IMG/VR virus record: IMGVR_UViG_3300028392_000053
Coordinates: 1 to 64,000 of that record
From: a virus
DNA length: 64,000 nt
Direction: 5' to 3' (one strand)
Part shown: in pieces, positions 24,637-35,207 of the stretch
How the letters are laid out: every line of letters begins with the position of its first letter
How positions within the stretch are numbered: the stretch's first letter is position 1
Program-made: the position numbers and the translations under genes
The notes under the pieces: generated by a model
What the model saw: the letters and a program-made list of their open reading frames with translations, nothing else
What the model was told of the DNA's origin: nothing
Databases searched by the model: none

Positions 24637-25349
24637 AAGTAGCATTGTTATTAACCGGTCATTTGCGTTGTTGGGAACAGGTTGCTCCCAATACAAGACA
24701 ACATATTATCGACAAATACAATGCTGATGTTTTTCTCGAAACGTGGGACTCGGAAGCATATTGGGACCCACATTCACAAAAAGGTATAACTGATACAGGA
24801 CCTAAAATTGATTTCGGTAAAGTGAATGAAGCATACAAACCTGTGCGACAAATGCGTTTCGATAGATATGAAATTTTTGAAGAAAACTTTTCAAAACGTG
24901 CGGAACAATTTACCAATTTTTATCATGTGCCGAAGAATCAAGTTTCTATGTGGTTTAAAGTCGGCCGTGGAATGACGATGGTCGAAGACTATATGATGTT
25001 AACTGGAGAACCATATGACCTAGTAATACGTATGCGTCCAGATTTATATTTGAATGAACCTTTGCCGGATTTTGATCCGAATAAATTCTATACACTAGGT
25101 TATAGAAATCATATGGGTCAGGGTACTTCTGACATGATTCAGATTGGTAATTTCTTTTCAATGAGTTTGTTTTGTAAAGTTCTAAATCATCTACCTCAAC
25201 TTTATAAAGAAACTGGTTTGTTATGCCCTCATGTTATCTCAGAGCATTTCATTAAACGCCTAGGTTTACCTTGGGAAGAATTTATGATTAACAAAACACT
25301 CATGCATACACCACTCGGTGAATATAAACATAAGAGTCTCTATCAATGA
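24633..25349 (+). CDS. putative glycosyltransferase-associated protein
   Basis: ALLLTGHLR, YDLVIRMRPD; paralog of 25773. Confidence 0.65.
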   Translation: MKVALLLTGHLRCWEQVAPNTRQHIIDKYNADVFLETWDSEAYWDPHSQKGITDTGPKIDFGKVNEAYKPVRQMRFDRYEIFEENFSKRAEQFTNFYHVPKNQVSMWFKVGRGMTMVEDYMMLTGEPYDLVIRMRPDLYLNEPLPDFDPNKFYTLGYRNHMGQGTSDMIQIGNFFSMSLFCKVLNHLPQLYKETGLLCPHVISEHFIKRLGLPWEEFMINKTLMHTPLGEYKHKSLYQ

Positions 25350-25837
25350 TTTACATTGCACACCGTGGACTCTTTGAAGGTCCAGATAAAGAAAAAGAAA
25401 ATCATCCGGACCAAATACGCACAGCATTAAAAAAAGGATACGATTGCGAAGTAGACCTTTGGAGAATTGAAAGAGAATGGTGGTTGGGTCATGATGAACC
25501 AACATATCGTGTTGATGAACCTTTCATTGGCCAACAAGGGTTGTGGTTACATTGTAAAAATTTAGATGCGCTCTATGAATTGATAAAAAGACCATTTAAA
25601 TACATTTACTTTTGGCACCAAGAAGATGATTTTACTTTAACATCCAACGATGTTATTTGGACATATCCTGGAAAACACCTGACTAATAGATCAGTTGCCG
25701 TTGTTCCAGAAAGGTGTGAAGGATATTGGAAGCATGTTAAAACTTTAGACTTAGTTGGAGTGTGTACAGATTATGTTGAAAAATTCATTTCCGAAACTAG
25801 CACTTTGCCTGTCGGGTCAAGCCAGAAGCAGATTTGA
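25346..25837 (+). CDS. glycerophosphodiester phosphodiesterase-like protein
   Basis: IAHRG, EN, EVD, GVCTD. Confidence 0.75.
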   Translation: MIYIAHRGLFEGPDKEKENHPDQIRTALKKGYDCEVDLWRIEREWWLGHDEPTYRVDEPFIGQQGLWLHCKNLDALYELIKRPFKYIYFWHQEDDFTLTSNDVIWTYPGKHLTNRSVAVVPERCEGYWKHVKTLDLVGVCTDYVEKFISETSTLPVGSSQKQI

Positions 25838-26501
25838 AGCATACCGATACATCAAAAAGAACTTGCTTGATGTATATGATGTTGATGTTTTTTGCCATAC
25901 ATGGAAACCACAAAGTTCCGCAATTAAGTTATTTGAAGAATTAAATACGCTTTACAAACCTGTACTTTTTTCTTATGATACACCACTATCAGAATCAATA
26001 AATTCCGATCTATTTGTTCCGAATGCATCACATCCGGCAAACTTTTGCACATCGATGTTTTATTCAATATACCGAACAAATGACCTCAGGATTCGCCACC
26101 AGACACTAAATGATGTAAAATATGATTTTGTTATTAGAAGTAGATTTGACTTGGCACTTAATAAAGTCATTGACTTTTCTTCCTTGGAGAAAGGTAAAGT
26201 CTACGTATCAAAAGATACGGCCGGACCGAATCCTTTACTGAATGACCAGTTTGCTATCTCTGACCCCGACACGATGAACGTGTACGCTTCAACTTTTCTA
26301 CACCTAAGAAAGTTGCATGATTCTGGTGTTCAGTTATGTGGCCATGAAATGCTCCATGAGCAACTCACAAGTAATTCTATACCAGTTGAACGTATTGATA
26401 TAGATCATCCATTTGTTGATGGTAAATTTAACATAGGAAAGCATTCTTTAATTAGAGATGACATGAATAAATGGGTGGATATTAAGATTTGGGGTTACTA
26501 A
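25773..26501 (+). CDS. putative glycosyltransferase-associated protein
   Basis: ALCLSGQAR, YDFVIRSRFD. Confidence 0.65.
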   Translation: MLKNSFPKLALCLSGQARSRFEAYRYIKKNLLDVYDVDVFCHTWKPQSSAIKLFEELNTLYKPVLFSYDTPLSESINSDLFVPNASHPANFCTSMFYSIYRTNDLRIRHQTLNDVKYDFVIRSRFDLALNKVIDFSSLEKGKVYVSKDTAGPNPLLNDQFAISDPDTMNVYASTFLHLRKLHDSGVQLCGHEMLHEQLTSNSIPVERIDIDHPFVDGKFNIGKHSLIRDDMNKWVDIKIWGY

Positions 26502-26538
26502 ATAACATATAGTCACAGTGTACTAACCAGAGAATTTA

Positions 26539-27735
26539 ATGATACCTTTTTCCCGATTTTTGACCGAACAGGAAGACCCTGAAGACGGTGCCAGCCGACA
26601 GATTAAACACCTGACGCACGTTGAAGACCGACCACTCCAGACTGGAGAAAAGGGTGCAAAACATGCTATCAAATCTTTAACTGCTGCCGCAAATCACATA
26701 CAACAAGGTAAAAAAAGTTCAGAGTTAACCACAAAATATGATGGTTCTCCTGCTATCGTTTATGGTCATCAACCTGAAAACGGTAAGTTCTTTGTAGCAT
26801 CAAAATCAGCTTTCAACAAGACTCCAAAGATTAACTACACACCCGCTGATATTGAAAGGAACCACGGCCACGCGCCAGGTTTGGTTAGCAAATTAAAAGA
26901 CGCACTGAAACATCTACCGAAGGTTGCACCAGAGAAAGGCGTATACCAAGGCGACATGATGTTTTCACAAGATGACAAAAAACCAGTCAAAGGCGGTGGA
27001 ACATCTTTTCATCCAAACCCATCAGGATTAACATATACTGCACACGGCACACATGAAAGTGCCGTTAAGAAGGCTAAAATTGGTGTTGTTACACATCTTT
27101 CCTATACAGGTAAAGATGCTGGCAGTTTAAATGCATCACATGAAGTTGACCACGAAAACTTCAAGCCACACCCCGATGTATTCTCAGTTGATCCTAGAAT
27201 GGATACATCAAAAGTTCATTTTGGTCCTAAAGATCGTGCAGAATTTAATAAACATATTGCTGCCGCACAGGCTGTACATGACACACACGGTGATGACATG
27301 TATGCTGGTACATCAACACATCGTGGAGTTGGTGGAGCATTAGAAACATATATGAACCATACGGTTCGCTCGGGTGAAACGCCGCACCACCAGAATTTTA
27401 AAAATTGGTTAGAAACAACCGAAAATAAAAAGATAGATAAGCTAAAGGTTGAAAAGAACAGAACAGTAAAACAAAAAGAACTAAAAGACCAACTTGGTAA
27501 AATTGAAAGAAACAAAAAACACTACAATAATTTATTCAAAATGCATCAGCATTTGCAGAAAGCAAAAAACGTGCTAATTAATGTAATGAATCAACATCAA
27601 GAGTTTCAACATACACATGGTGGTGAAGCGGCAAATCCAGAAGGATATGTTTTTCATCACGGAAAAGAATCTGATAAGTTTGTTAACCGTGCAGAATTTT
27701 CACGTAGGAACTTTGCGGGAATTAGAAACATATGA
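26539..27735 (+). CDS. T4-like conserved protein (DUF6267-like, ligase-like motifs)
   Basis: HLTHVED, KYDGSP, QGD, PEGYV, K.V.R.EFS. Confidence 0.7.
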   Translation: MIPFSRFLTEQEDPEDGASRQIKHLTHVEDRPLQTGEKGAKHAIKSLTAAANHIQQGKKSSELTTKYDGSPAIVYGHQPENGKFFVASKSAFNKTPKINYTPADIERNHGHAPGLVSKLKDALKHLPKVAPEKGVYQGDMMFSQDDKKPVKGGGTSFHPNPSGLTYTAHGTHESAVKKAKIGVVTHLSYTGKDAGSLNASHEVDHENFKPHPDVFSVDPRMDTSKVHFGPKDRAEFNKHIAAAQAVHDTHGDDMYAGTSTHRGVGGALETYMNHTVRSGETPHHQNFKNWLETTENKKIDKLKVEKNRTVKQKELKDQLGKIERNKKHYNNLFKMHQHLQKAKNVLINVMNQHQEFQHTHGGEAANPEGYVFHHGKESDKFVNRAEFSRRNFAGIRNI

Positions 27736-29630
27736 AAAAGTTTTTACAAAAAGTAGAAGAAGACATGCAAACACATAAGCCTGTTGTTATGGCTTTTGGG
27801 CGTATGAATCCGCCGACTATTGGACATGAAAAGTTAGTTAATCGTGTTCAACAAATTGCACACGATTATCATGCGCCACACCACATTATCCTTTCACATT
27901 CCGTTGATGCTAAAAAGAATCCTTTGGATGTTAAACGCAAACTAATCCACGCCAGAAGATTCTTTCCTGGTGCAAACATCGAAGCATCAAGCAAAGAACA
28001 ACCAACATTCTTACAACATGCGGCAAGACTGAATGCTATGGGACATGACCATTTGGTTATGGTTGCCGGTTCTGACCGTATTCCAGAATATGAAAAGAAA
28101 CTCCATCAATACAACGGCGAAGGTCCTGGTAAACTATACGACTTCAAAAAGATTGAAGTGAAGTCTGCTGGCCAACGTGATCCTGATGCAGAAGGTGCAG
28201 AAGGTATGTCAGCATCAAAAATGCGCGAACACGCACAAAATAACCACTTCTATGATTATGTTGATGCTCAAGGTAAAAAACAACCTGGATTCAAAAGTGG
28301 CATTCCATCACATGTATCAGAAAAACATGCAAAAGAATTATTCCGTGATGTTCGTAAAGGTATGGGTTTACACGAAAGTATCAATCATGGTTTATTCAAA
28401 GCTATTTTCATTTCTGGTGGTCCTGGTTCCGGTAAAGATATTATCATTCGTGAAGCTATTGCTGAACAGAACGCAGTTGAAATAACATCAACCACAGCAA
28501 TATCAATATTGAATGATAAACATAAACTATATGAGTTCTCACGTGATTCTCGCCGTGAAGCAATACGTCAGCGACAGCCTTTAGTTATCACAGGTACCAC
28601 AAACGAACAATATAATATTATTGCCATACGTGAGGAACTTGAGGAACTTGGTTACGAAACTATGATGGTTTTTGTTAACACATCAAATGAATCATCTAGA
28701 AAGCGTAACGAAGGTCACGAAAGAATGATGGTAGAATCTGTTCGTCAGGAAAGATGGGAAGTCACACAACTTGTGGCAGAAAAATTCAATCAGGCCTTTA
28801 AAAAATATTTAGAGTTTGATAATTCAATGGACCTGAATGAAGCAACTGAATTTGAAACGTCAGAGAAAGAAGAAGATATTTCAATCATATATGAAATGTC
28901 AAATTGGTTCTTTGACACTCCCGTTGAGAATGAAATCGCCGAATCTTGGATGACAAGGCACAAAAAACATAATATCAATAAGATGTTTGAAAACTTTATA
29001 ACAAAACCTACATTAGAAAAGGGATATAAAAAATATGTTTCAGAAACTAAAACAAATGGCAAGACTTCTAATGCCAAAGCAGGAACCTGTAGTTGCGGAA
29101 GCACCAAAGGACTCTTTACCGACAACATCTGTCCAAGTTGCGAACTTGTCAGAAGACAAGGTAAACCAGACGACATTAAAGACGGAGGAATTACCTCAAA
29201 CTCAGGTTACACGTTCAGAACCTACGAAAGCAGTAGTCCAACCATCACCGTCAAAGGTGCAGAAAAAGAACCCCGTTTCCAACAAGACGCAGACAAACAA
29301 AAATCCAAGAGGCAAAAAGCCGCAGGCGCCGAAAGCGGCAAAGTCTTAAGACCAGCAGGTGTTTCTCCTGAGTATGATACCCGTGGTTCAGGCACAGTTT
29401 ATCCAATGGCTGGTTTAAGTAATGTTAACTTTAAAGAACAAAGTGAGTATAAATATACCAGTACCGCAGAGGTGACACGCAAATCTTTCAATAAGTTTAG
29501 AAAAGAATCGATTGATTCTCCTAGCACAGAAATGGGAGTCACCGGTGGTGAATATGGACCATCAAATAAAGAACCAATGGATACTCTGAATAAAATACCA
29601 GTGAATCCACCAAAGAAAAAAAAGAAATGA
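27732..29630 (+). CDS. cytidyltransferase fused to P-loop kinase-like domain
   Basis: FGRMNPPTIGH, SASKMR, GGPGSGK. Confidence 0.85.
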   Translation: MKKFLQKVEEDMQTHKPVVMAFGRMNPPTIGHEKLVNRVQQIAHDYHAPHHIILSHSVDAKKNPLDVKRKLIHARRFFPGANIEASSKEQPTFLQHAARLNAMGHDHLVMVAGSDRIPEYEKKLHQYNGEGPGKLYDFKKIEVKSAGQRDPDAEGAEGMSASKMREHAQNNHFYDYVDAQGKKQPGFKSGIPSHVSEKHAKELFRDVRKGMGLHESINHGLFKAIFISGGPGSGKDIIIREAIAEQNAVEITSTTAISILNDKHKLYEFSRDSRREAIRQRQPLVITGTTNEQYNIIAIREELEELGYETMMVFVNTSNESSRKRNEGHERMMVESVRQERWEVTQLVAEKFNQAFKKYLEFDNSMDLNEATEFETSEKEEDISIIYEMSNWFFDTPVENEIAESWMTRHKKHNINKMFENFITKPTLEKGYKKYVSETKTNGKTSNAKAGTCSCGSTKGLFTDNICPSCELVRRQGKPDDIKDGGITSNSGYTFRTYESSSPTITVKGAEKEPRFQQDADKQKSKRQKAAGAESGKVLRPAGVSPEYDTRGSGTVYPMAGLSNVNFKEQSEYKYTSTAEVTRKSFNKFRKESIDSPSTEMGVTGGEYGPSNKEPMDTLNKIPVNPPKKKKK

Positions 29631-29920
29631 TAAGTTTCAAACAATTTTTAGAAGAATCTGCCGCATGGAAGCGCAAAGAAGGTAAAAACCCCGAAGGTGG
29701 TTTAAACCGTAAAGGTATTGCTTCTTATCGCAGAGAAAATCCAGGTTCTAAACTTTCGATGGCTGTAACGACACCTCCTTCCAAGTTAAAAGCTGGAAGC
29801 AAAGCGGCTAATAGAAGAAAATCATTCTGTGCTAGAATGGGTGGAATGCCAGGTCCTATGAAGGATGAAAAAGGTAGACCAACTAGAAAAGCATTATCAC
29901 TACGCAAATGGAACTGCTAA
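29627..29920 (+). CDS. basic T4-like conserved protein (DUF6321-like)
   Basis: AAWKRKEGKNPEGGLN, RRKSFCARM, LRKWNC. Confidence 0.75.
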   Translation: MISFKQFLEESAAWKRKEGKNPEGGLNRKGIASYRRENPGSKLSMAVTTPPSKLKAGSKAANRRKSFCARMGGMPGPMKDEKGRPTRKALSLRKWNC

Positions 29921-29937
29921 TTTTAACGGAGACATAA

Positions 29938-31068
29938 ATGTTCAACAAAAACGTATTCACCCAAACTGATGCTGTCGCAGACCTCATCAAAGGTATCAAT
30001 GAAGCCGATTATAAGGCTAAGATGGAAGCACTCAAGGGCAATCAACCCGAAATTGATAAAAATAAGAACAACAAAATTGATGCTCACGACTTCAAAATTC
30101 TTCGTGGTGAAAAAAAAGTCAATGAAGAACAAGTTGAAGAAGCAGACACAAGTGTTAAGATTCCTACTTCAACCGGTACAAGAGTTTTGGGTCACCGTTA
30201 TGGTAACGCCGCAAAAACACACCGTGATTCACTGGCTGATCCGTTTGCTGTGGTTAGAGGTCCTGGTCAAAAAGACATGGAAGCCCTCGGAAAGAAAATG
30301 GCTAAAAAAGAAGAAATTGATCCGAATGTTACAACAACCGACACTCTAACGGGTAGAGTTGCTGGTAAGTCTGCTAATCCATTTCTAAAAGCTAAAGTTA
30401 AACTCAATGTTAACGAAGAAGATTTGGATGAAGCTACGGAGAAAAAATATGAACCCATGGTGACAAAAATCGCAGATTTCATGACCCGCCAAAATAGATT
30501 GGCTGCGGCCGGTGCTCAAACTGCAAAAGATCCAGCACGTTTAAAAAGAATGATGAATATTCCTGGATACTCAGCGGCAATGGATTTAGCTAAAAAAACA
30601 ACTACAAAAGAAGAAGTTGATAATCTACATCCAGCTGGTGCCGCTTTATTGAAGCATATCAAACCAGAACACCACAATTTGTATAAGCCACATTTGGCAC
30701 AGGGTACATTTAATGGTTCATTTGCAGACCGTCATGCAGTTTTAAGTGCCGCTAAACAAGCTGGTCACTTAAAAGAAGAAGCAAAAAAAGAAGACCCACC
30801 ATTTGATGGCCCCTACAAAAAACCAGATACAAAACCTGGCCACGGTGATGCTTCTAGAGTTAAACATTTAGCTAAAATGGCCATTCCAAAAACAACTAAA
30901 GAAGAAGTTGAAATGAATGAACGTTCATTGTCTCCTGCTGAAAAAGATGCAGTTGAAGTTAATGTTAAATCTATGAAAAAGAACTTAGCTGGCTTTAAAG
31001 CACGTTATGGCAAAGATGCAAAATCTGTAATGTATGCAACAGCAACAAAACAGGCCAAAAAGGACTGA
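29938..31068 (+). CDS. modular putative internal virion protein
   Basis: Short modules separated by KEE/NEE/LDE motifs. Confidence 0.65.
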   Translation: MFNKNVFTQTDAVADLIKGINEADYKAKMEALKGNQPEIDKNKNNKIDAHDFKILRGEKKVNEEQVEEADTSVKIPTSTGTRVLGHRYGNAAKTHRDSLADPFAVVRGPGQKDMEALGKKMAKKEEIDPNVTTTDTLTGRVAGKSANPFLKAKVKLNVNEEDLDEATEKKYEPMVTKIADFMTRQNRLAAAGAQTAKDPARLKRMMNIPGYSAAMDLAKKTTTKEEVDNLHPAGAALLKHIKPEHHNLYKPHLAQGTFNGSFADRHAVLSAAKQAGHLKEEAKKEDPPFDGPYKKPDTKPGHGDASRVKHLAKMAIPKTTKEEVEMNERSLSPAEKDAVEVNVKSMKKNLAGFKARYGKDAKSVMYATATKQAKKD

Positions 31069-31071
31069 AAA

Positions 31072-33303
31072 ATGAGCAATGCTGGTAAATTAGTCAAGAG
31101 TTTGTTGAAGGCCGAGAAAGAGTCTGTTATGGGCAAACTTGGCGATTCACCATATGAAGATCCAATGGAACCTTGGTCTGCAAAATATGCACAACCTGTT
31201 AAAGAAGAAATTCTGAATGAAGATGGACTTTTAATGAAGTACATCCGTTCACTTGGCTTTAATCCAGAGTTCATGTCTTTCGCACAGCGTTCTTCATATG
31301 CACGTTCAAATGCATTTAAGACTTATAAAACGGGTCACACTTTTGATGCTAAAAAACAGAATTTGAAAACTGAAGAAACCGAACAACTCGATGAAGCTGG
31401 TACTGGTCTTCTAATGTCGTTCATTAAGTCTAAAGGTTTGAATCCTTTGTCTATGGACGGAAACCAAAAGAAAGCATATGCACGTTCTTCTGAATTCAGA
31501 ATTTTCAAAATGCGCCACGTGAAAGAAGCATCTGGTATGGGTGAGCGTGGTGATGATTGGAATGAAGCATCGTCACCTGCACAACAAGCGGCTATTGCAA
31601 TTAATATGAAAAAACGTGGTATCAAGCCCAAGAATGTTCAAGAAGAAGCTGATGCCAAAGACACAGTTTGTTTTGATATTCCTTTACTCATTCGTGTTCT
31701 TGAGTTTACCCGTGAAGATATGAAGACTGATATCGAACTTCACAATATGGTTGAACGTTTGATTGATATGCGGAATGAAGTTCCATTGACCATGGACAAC
31801 TATGATGCTATCACCGGTAAATTAAAAGAATCTGTTTCATATGAACCGAATACTGGTCGCCAAACAAAAACTGGCGCAGGTCATACAATCGTAGGACACT
31901 CATTTCATTCAAATGGGACCAAACATGCCAACATCATGAAACATGGTGAAACAGGCAAATATTTTGCGTCTGGTGGAAGTTCTTCACATCCCGTTAAAAG
32001 CACAACATTCCATGATTCACCTGAACAGGCTGCACAAAGCAAGAAGTCTTATGTGAAAGAAAGTAAAGACGCCGGTGAATACGATTATGAAGGCGCAATG
32101 GCCAAGACTCAGCTACAAACAATTTGTAGAAACGCCGATGACTTGAAAAACATGCTGAAAGATGATGAAAATCTTCCAGAGTGGGTTCAAGCCAAAATAA
32201 CAAAAGCTGAAGATTATATCACAACTTCTTTGGACTACTTAAAGTCTACGCAAGAACTTGATGAAGAAGTTGTAAACGAATTATCAAACACCACTCTGAA
32301 ATCATACGTTGCCACTGTTGCAACCACACCTGGTCGTGGTATGACACCAAAAGGTACACTGAAAAGTATCAAGGCTATTGGTGGTGTTACAAAAGCAATC
32401 CGTAAACAATACGAAAAACCAATTTCAGAACTAAAAGATCAAGATGATAATCAAGAACTTGATAGCCGTATTACACGTGAAGATTTACGTAAATGGTTTA
32501 GCAAAACTGATCCTCAAGGTGATTGGAAAAGGATCAATTCAAAAGGTGATGCTATAGGTCCTTGTGCTAGAGAACCCGGTGAGCCAAAACCAAAATGTAT
32601 GTCCAAAGAAAAACGCAGTGAACTCAGTAAGAGTGAACGTGCGGCCGCAGTAGCCACCAAACGTAGAAATGATCCAGTTGCCGATAGAGCCGGCAAGGGT
32701 GGTAAACCCGTCAATGTTTCAAATTACGGCAAAGGTAAATTAAGCGAAGATGAAGTTGATGAAGCATGTTGGGATACACACAAACAAGTCGGCATGAAAA
32801 TGAAGGGTGGCAAAATGGTTCCAGATTGCAGACTTAAAAGTGAAGAAGCGGAACACATTGAAGAAAAAAACAGCCCAACGAATCCAGCACTATGGTCGAG
32901 AGCAAAGTCTATGGCACGCTCCAAGTTTGATGTTTACCCTTCTGCATATGCAAATGGTTGGGCATCAAAGTGGTATAAGTCAAAAGGTGGTGGATGGAAA
33001 TCCGTTTCCGAAGATGTTGTTCAAGAAGGTATCGGTGGTATCGAAGATTCACCAATGTCAGCAACAAATTCTGTAAAGGCTATGGAGTCTGAACAACGCA
33101 AAAAGAATATGAAATCTGCACGTATCATCAAATCCATCTATAAAAAGAAGGGTAAAAATGAAAGCATGTATGATTGGGAAAAAGATGATAAGCCCAACGC
33201 AAAAATTACATTACAAGGTGGTAGCACTATGACAGGAAAGCCACGCGACACAGTTGAAATTGAGCCTGTTCTTAAGACCAGACCTAATTCACAGAAACAA
33301 TAA
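31072..33303 (+). CDS. large modular putative internal virion protein
   Basis: Internal duplicated module, many xKE/xEE/LDE junctions, YPSAYANGW module. Confidence 0.7.
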   Translation: MSNAGKLVKSLLKAEKESVMGKLGDSPYEDPMEPWSAKYAQPVKEEILNEDGLLMKYIRSLGFNPEFMSFAQRSSYARSNAFKTYKTGHTFDAKKQNLKTEETEQLDEAGTGLLMSFIKSKGLNPLSMDGNQKKAYARSSEFRIFKMRHVKEASGMGERGDDWNEASSPAQQAAIAINMKKRGIKPKNVQEEADAKDTVCFDIPLLIRVLEFTREDMKTDIELHNMVERLIDMRNEVPLTMDNYDAITGKLKESVSYEPNTGRQTKTGAGHTIVGHSFHSNGTKHANIMKHGETGKYFASGGSSSHPVKSTTFHDSPEQAAQSKKSYVKESKDAGEYDYEGAMAKTQLQTICRNADDLKNMLKDDENLPEWVQAKITKAEDYITTSLDYLKSTQELDEEVVNELSNTTLKSYVATVATTPGRGMTPKGTLKSIKAIGGVTKAIRKQYEKPISELKDQDDNQELDSRITREDLRKWFSKTDPQGDWKRINSKGDAIGPCAREPGEPKPKCMSKEKRSELSKSERAAAVATKRRNDPVADRAGKGGKPVNVSNYGKGKLSEDEVDEACWDTHKQVGMKMKGGKMVPDCRLKSEEAEHIEEKNSPTNPALWSRAKSMARSKFDVYPSAYANGWASKWYKSKGGGWKSVSEDVVQEGIGGIEDSPMSATNSVKAMESEQRKKNMKSARIIKSIYKKKGKNESMYDWEKDDKPNAKITLQGGSTMTGKPRDTVEIEPVLKTRPNSQKQ

Positions 33304-33338
33304 ATAGTAAATAGAATTCTTTCAAGGAGAAAAATAAA

Positions 33339-33887
33339 ATGTCAACAGCTTTCTGGACAATGACAGATGCAAACACTGGTGTTCCACTTTTTGCACCGGC
33401 AGCTTTAAAAATATCACCAACACGTGCAAACGCAAACGTTATATATGCGAATGCCAACGTAGCACAAGCATTTTCTTCTGCTATAGGTGTTTGGGGTGTA
33501 GATACACAAGAAGCATCGAACACACAAGTAACACCTGCCGCAGGTAAAATGGCACACGCTGGTTGGGTGCAAAAGACCTCCGGTTTGGGACCAGTTGTAA
33601 CAATTAGAGCAAATGCCAGTTCTTATGGAACAAATAGTTTCGTAACATTCTCTGGTGGTGGCACAGGTAGCACAGTCGCTAATGCTACTGTTTCTGTTGC
33701 AACGAATGGTTTGATTCAATCGGTTACAATAAATTCTGGTGGCTTGTATATCACAACACCAACAGCCGTACCCGTGAGTGGTAACGCCGCATTCACCGTA
33801 ACAATGGGTGGTCGTGCAAATCGTTCCCAATATGAAACTCTAGTTGCAACCGGAAGTATCACCGGTAACGGTGCAGTTATCGTATAA
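33339..33887 (+). CDS. virion structural protein (putative)
   Basis: HAGWV...GGRANR.QYETLVA motif, ATAAATA upstream, strong RBS. Confidence 0.65.
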   Translation: MSTAFWTMTDANTGVPLFAPAALKISPTRANANVIYANANVAQAFSSAIGVWGVDTQEASNTQVTPAAGKMAHAGWVQKTSGLGPVVTIRANASSYGTNSFVTFSGGGTGSTVANATVSVATNGLIQSVTINSGGLYITTPTAVPVSGNAAFTVTMGGRANRSQYETLVATGSITGNGAVIV

Positions 33888-33921
33888 TATTTGGGTGGCG
33901 TAAGTCACCCATTTTATCATT

Positions 33922-34308
33922 ATGTTTGATGATTTGAATGAAGATAATTTTTTAATGTATGCTATGAAGGCTTATACTTCACCGCATTATGTTATGAGTG
34001 AATTCGAGAGCGATTTAAAACGCACTAAATATTTGAAAAGATTGTTCAGACGTTACAAGATCACAAAATCTCTCAAAGAAAGATTAGTTTTAAATCATTT
34101 GATTTTGCTTTATAATGTATTTGGTGCAGAACCAGCAACACGAATATTGTTCTTTAGGATTGATGAATCTGATTATGATGTACTAAAGACCTTTTTAATA
34201 TACCTAAATTACATGCCGGATATTGTCAAAGGTATAAACGGAAAAAATATAATTTCTTCCGATATACTTATGGACATGAACGTGGCGGAAATACTAAGAA
34301 AAATATGA
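33922..34308 (+). CDS. T4-like conserved hypothetical protein
   Basis: KYLKRLF...RLVLNHLILLYNVFG. Confidence 0.75.
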   Translation: MFDDLNEDNFLMYAMKAYTSPHYVMSEFESDLKRTKYLKRLFRRYKITKSLKERLVLNHLILLYNVFGAEPATRILFFRIDESDYDVLKTFLIYLNYMPDIVKGINGKNIISSDILMDMNVAEILRKI

Positions 34309-34493
34309 AAACGTTTAAGCAATTCATGTTAGAAGATGGTGGTGCCGTTGGTTCTGCTGGACCGGCTAATGCCGTGGGCACAGGTGCTATAGCAGGTACA
34401 GGTGGTAAAGGTGGTGAACCTGGTGTCAACCTAAAGAAAAAGAAAAATGTTGTGATGGCTCCAACATTTACACGCAAACCACCAAAGATGTAA
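34305..34493 (+). CDS. small Gly-rich protein
   Basis: MKTFKQF..E leader. Confidence 0.6.
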   Translation: MKTFKQFMLEDGGAVGSAGPANAVGTGAIAGTGGKGGEPGVNLKKKKNVVMAPTFTRKPPKM

Positions 34494-34494
34494 A

Positions 34495-34947
34495 ATGTGG
34501 ATACTTAACTGGTTACCTTTCTGGTTTTTCTATGCTGTGCTTGGTGTAGGCTTAATTGGTCTTGCTGTAACCTATTTGCTTAGGCTTGTTCCACTTCCTG
34601 CAATCTACATCTATAAAACTTCAATACAGTTAATCTCTGTGGCACTGATAGCCATAGGCACATACATGTCCGGCGCAATCTCAAATGAAGAAGCATGGAT
34701 AGCTAGAGTAAAAGAACTTGAAGCAAAAGTTGAAGCGGCTCAAGTTGAATCAGTAAAAGAAAACGTAAAGATAGAAACCAAAGTTGTAACAAAAACACAA
34801 GTTATCAAACAACGGGGCGAAGATATCATACAATATATCGACAAAGAAATTGTCAAGTATGATACAAAGTTTTTGCCTGGTGGTATATGTGAAATTCCAA
34901 AAGAATTTATAGAGGCACACAATAAAGCAGCCGAGGCTCCAAAATGA
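34495..34947 (+). CDS. inner-membrane spanin-like protein
   Basis: N-terminal TMs plus coiled coil, C-terminal Cys, precedes lipoprotein. Confidence 0.6.
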   Translation: MWILNWLPFWFFYAVLGVGLIGLAVTYLLRLVPLPAIYIYKTSIQLISVALIAIGTYMSGAISNEEAWIARVKELEAKVEAAQVESVKENVKIETKVVTKTQVIKQRGEDIIQYIDKEIVKYDTKFLPGGICEIPKEFIEAHNKAAEAPK

Positions 34948-35207
34948 AATATTTGATTGTCTTATTTTTTGTTCTATTAACTGGTTGTTCAACTACAGTT
35001 CCTGTTGTTGCTAAGTTTCCAGAAGTGCCACAACAACTTTTGGTAAAATGTCCCCAATTGCAAAAAGTAACTGATGATGCAAAAATGTCAGATATTACAA
35101 AAACAATTACTATTAACTACACAGAGTATTATACATGTGCTGTGAAAAATGATGCTTGGATTGAATGGTACCAAATACAAAAAATTATATTTGAGGGATT
35201 AAAATAA
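34944..35207 (+). CDS. outer-membrane spanin-like lipoprotein
   Basis: Lipobox LTGC, Pro-containing N-region, two further Cys. Confidence 0.65.
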   Translation: MKYLIVLFFVLLTGCSTTVPVVAKFPEVPQQLLVKCPQLQKVTDDAKMSDITKTITINYTEYYTCAVKNDAWIEWYQIQKIIFEGLK

